The position numbers were made by a program, and so were the translations under genes. Of a DNA stretch of 64,000 bases, positions 63,594 to 64,000 are shown in pieces; within the stretch, counting starts at the first letter, position 1, and every line of letters begins with the position of its first letter. The DNA is taken from NCBI RefSeq assembly GCF_964213995.1, contig NC_135814.1, positions 54,808,001 to 54,872,000 on the forward strand, read 5' to 3'. The notes under the pieces were generated by a model that was not told the DNA's origin, did not search any database, and worked only from the letters and a program-made list of their open reading frames with translations. Source of the stretch: Mustelus asterias. Lineage: Eukaryota.

Positions 63594-64000
63594 AAAGGGA
63601 TGGACGTATTAGTGAGAGGTAACATGGTTTTATGAAGGGGAGGTCGTGTCTCACAAACTTGATTGAGTTTTTCGAGGAAGTGACGAAGATGATTGATGAG
63701 GGTAGGGCAGTGGATGTTGTCTACATGGACTTCAGTAAGGCCTTTTACAAGGTCCCTCATGGCAGACTGGTGCAGAAGGTGAAGTCGCATGGGATCAGAG
63801 GTGAGCTGGCAAGGTGGATACAAAACTGGCTCGGTCAAAGAAGACAGAGGGTAGCAGTGGAAGGGTGTGTTTCTGAATGGAGGGCTGTGACAAGTAGTGT
63901 TCCTCAGGGATCAGTGCAGGGACCTTTGCTGTTTGTAATATATATAAATGATTTGGAGGAAAATGTAACTGGATTGATTAGTAAGTATGCGGACGACACA
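63594..64000 (+). mobile_element. CR1 LINE RT region running off the window end
   Basis: [21 protein letters not shown]...[12 protein letters not shown]...[18 protein letters not shown]...YADD. Confidence 0.93.

Noticed and set aside
63115-63595. Overlapping 107-aa and 149-aa ORFs after the last exon
   Set aside because: No match to the expected next Epac2 exon (DVEANTVRLKEH), which must lie beyond the window. The longer ORF overlaps a MITE at ~63409-63520.
1-64000. Prokaryotic-style systems (CRISPR arrays, operons, defence islands)
   Set aside because: The window is intron-rich vertebrate DNA. No regularly spaced repeat-spacer array or dense ORF cluster is present.

Overview
Eukaryotic, repeat-rich vertebrate genomic DNA. 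The SINE/LINE repertoire (V-domain HE1-type SINEs, CR1/HER1-type LINEs, Deu-domain SINEs) points to a cartilaginous fish, most likely a shark. The whole window lies inside one + strand gene, RAPGEF4 (Epac2, cAMP-regulated Rap GEF). Ten GT-AG exons (16744-62523) splice in frame to give the end of CNBD-A, the linker, the DEP domain and most of CNBD-B, matching approximately mammalian exons 5-14. Both gene ends lie outside the window. Nearly all ORFs in the supplied track are transposon remnants or noise: CR1 and RTE LINEs, Penelope-like elements, one internally deleted hAT transposon, Harbinger-type MITEs and Gypsy/LTR relics. I found no novel multi-gene system. The most interesting signals are a candidate alternative first coding exon of RAPGEF4 (32934-33020), a candidate 12-nt poison micro-exon (21166-21177), an extended linker exon 6 plus a conserved 54-nt cassette exon, an intact minimal hammerhead ribozyme in a Penelope element (54163-54199), five Penelope insertions with 12-13 bp target-site duplications, and nested or inverted SINE pairs. 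Exon boundaries were read base by base; repeat boundaries are approximate. Family names come from recalled consensus features, not database searches.
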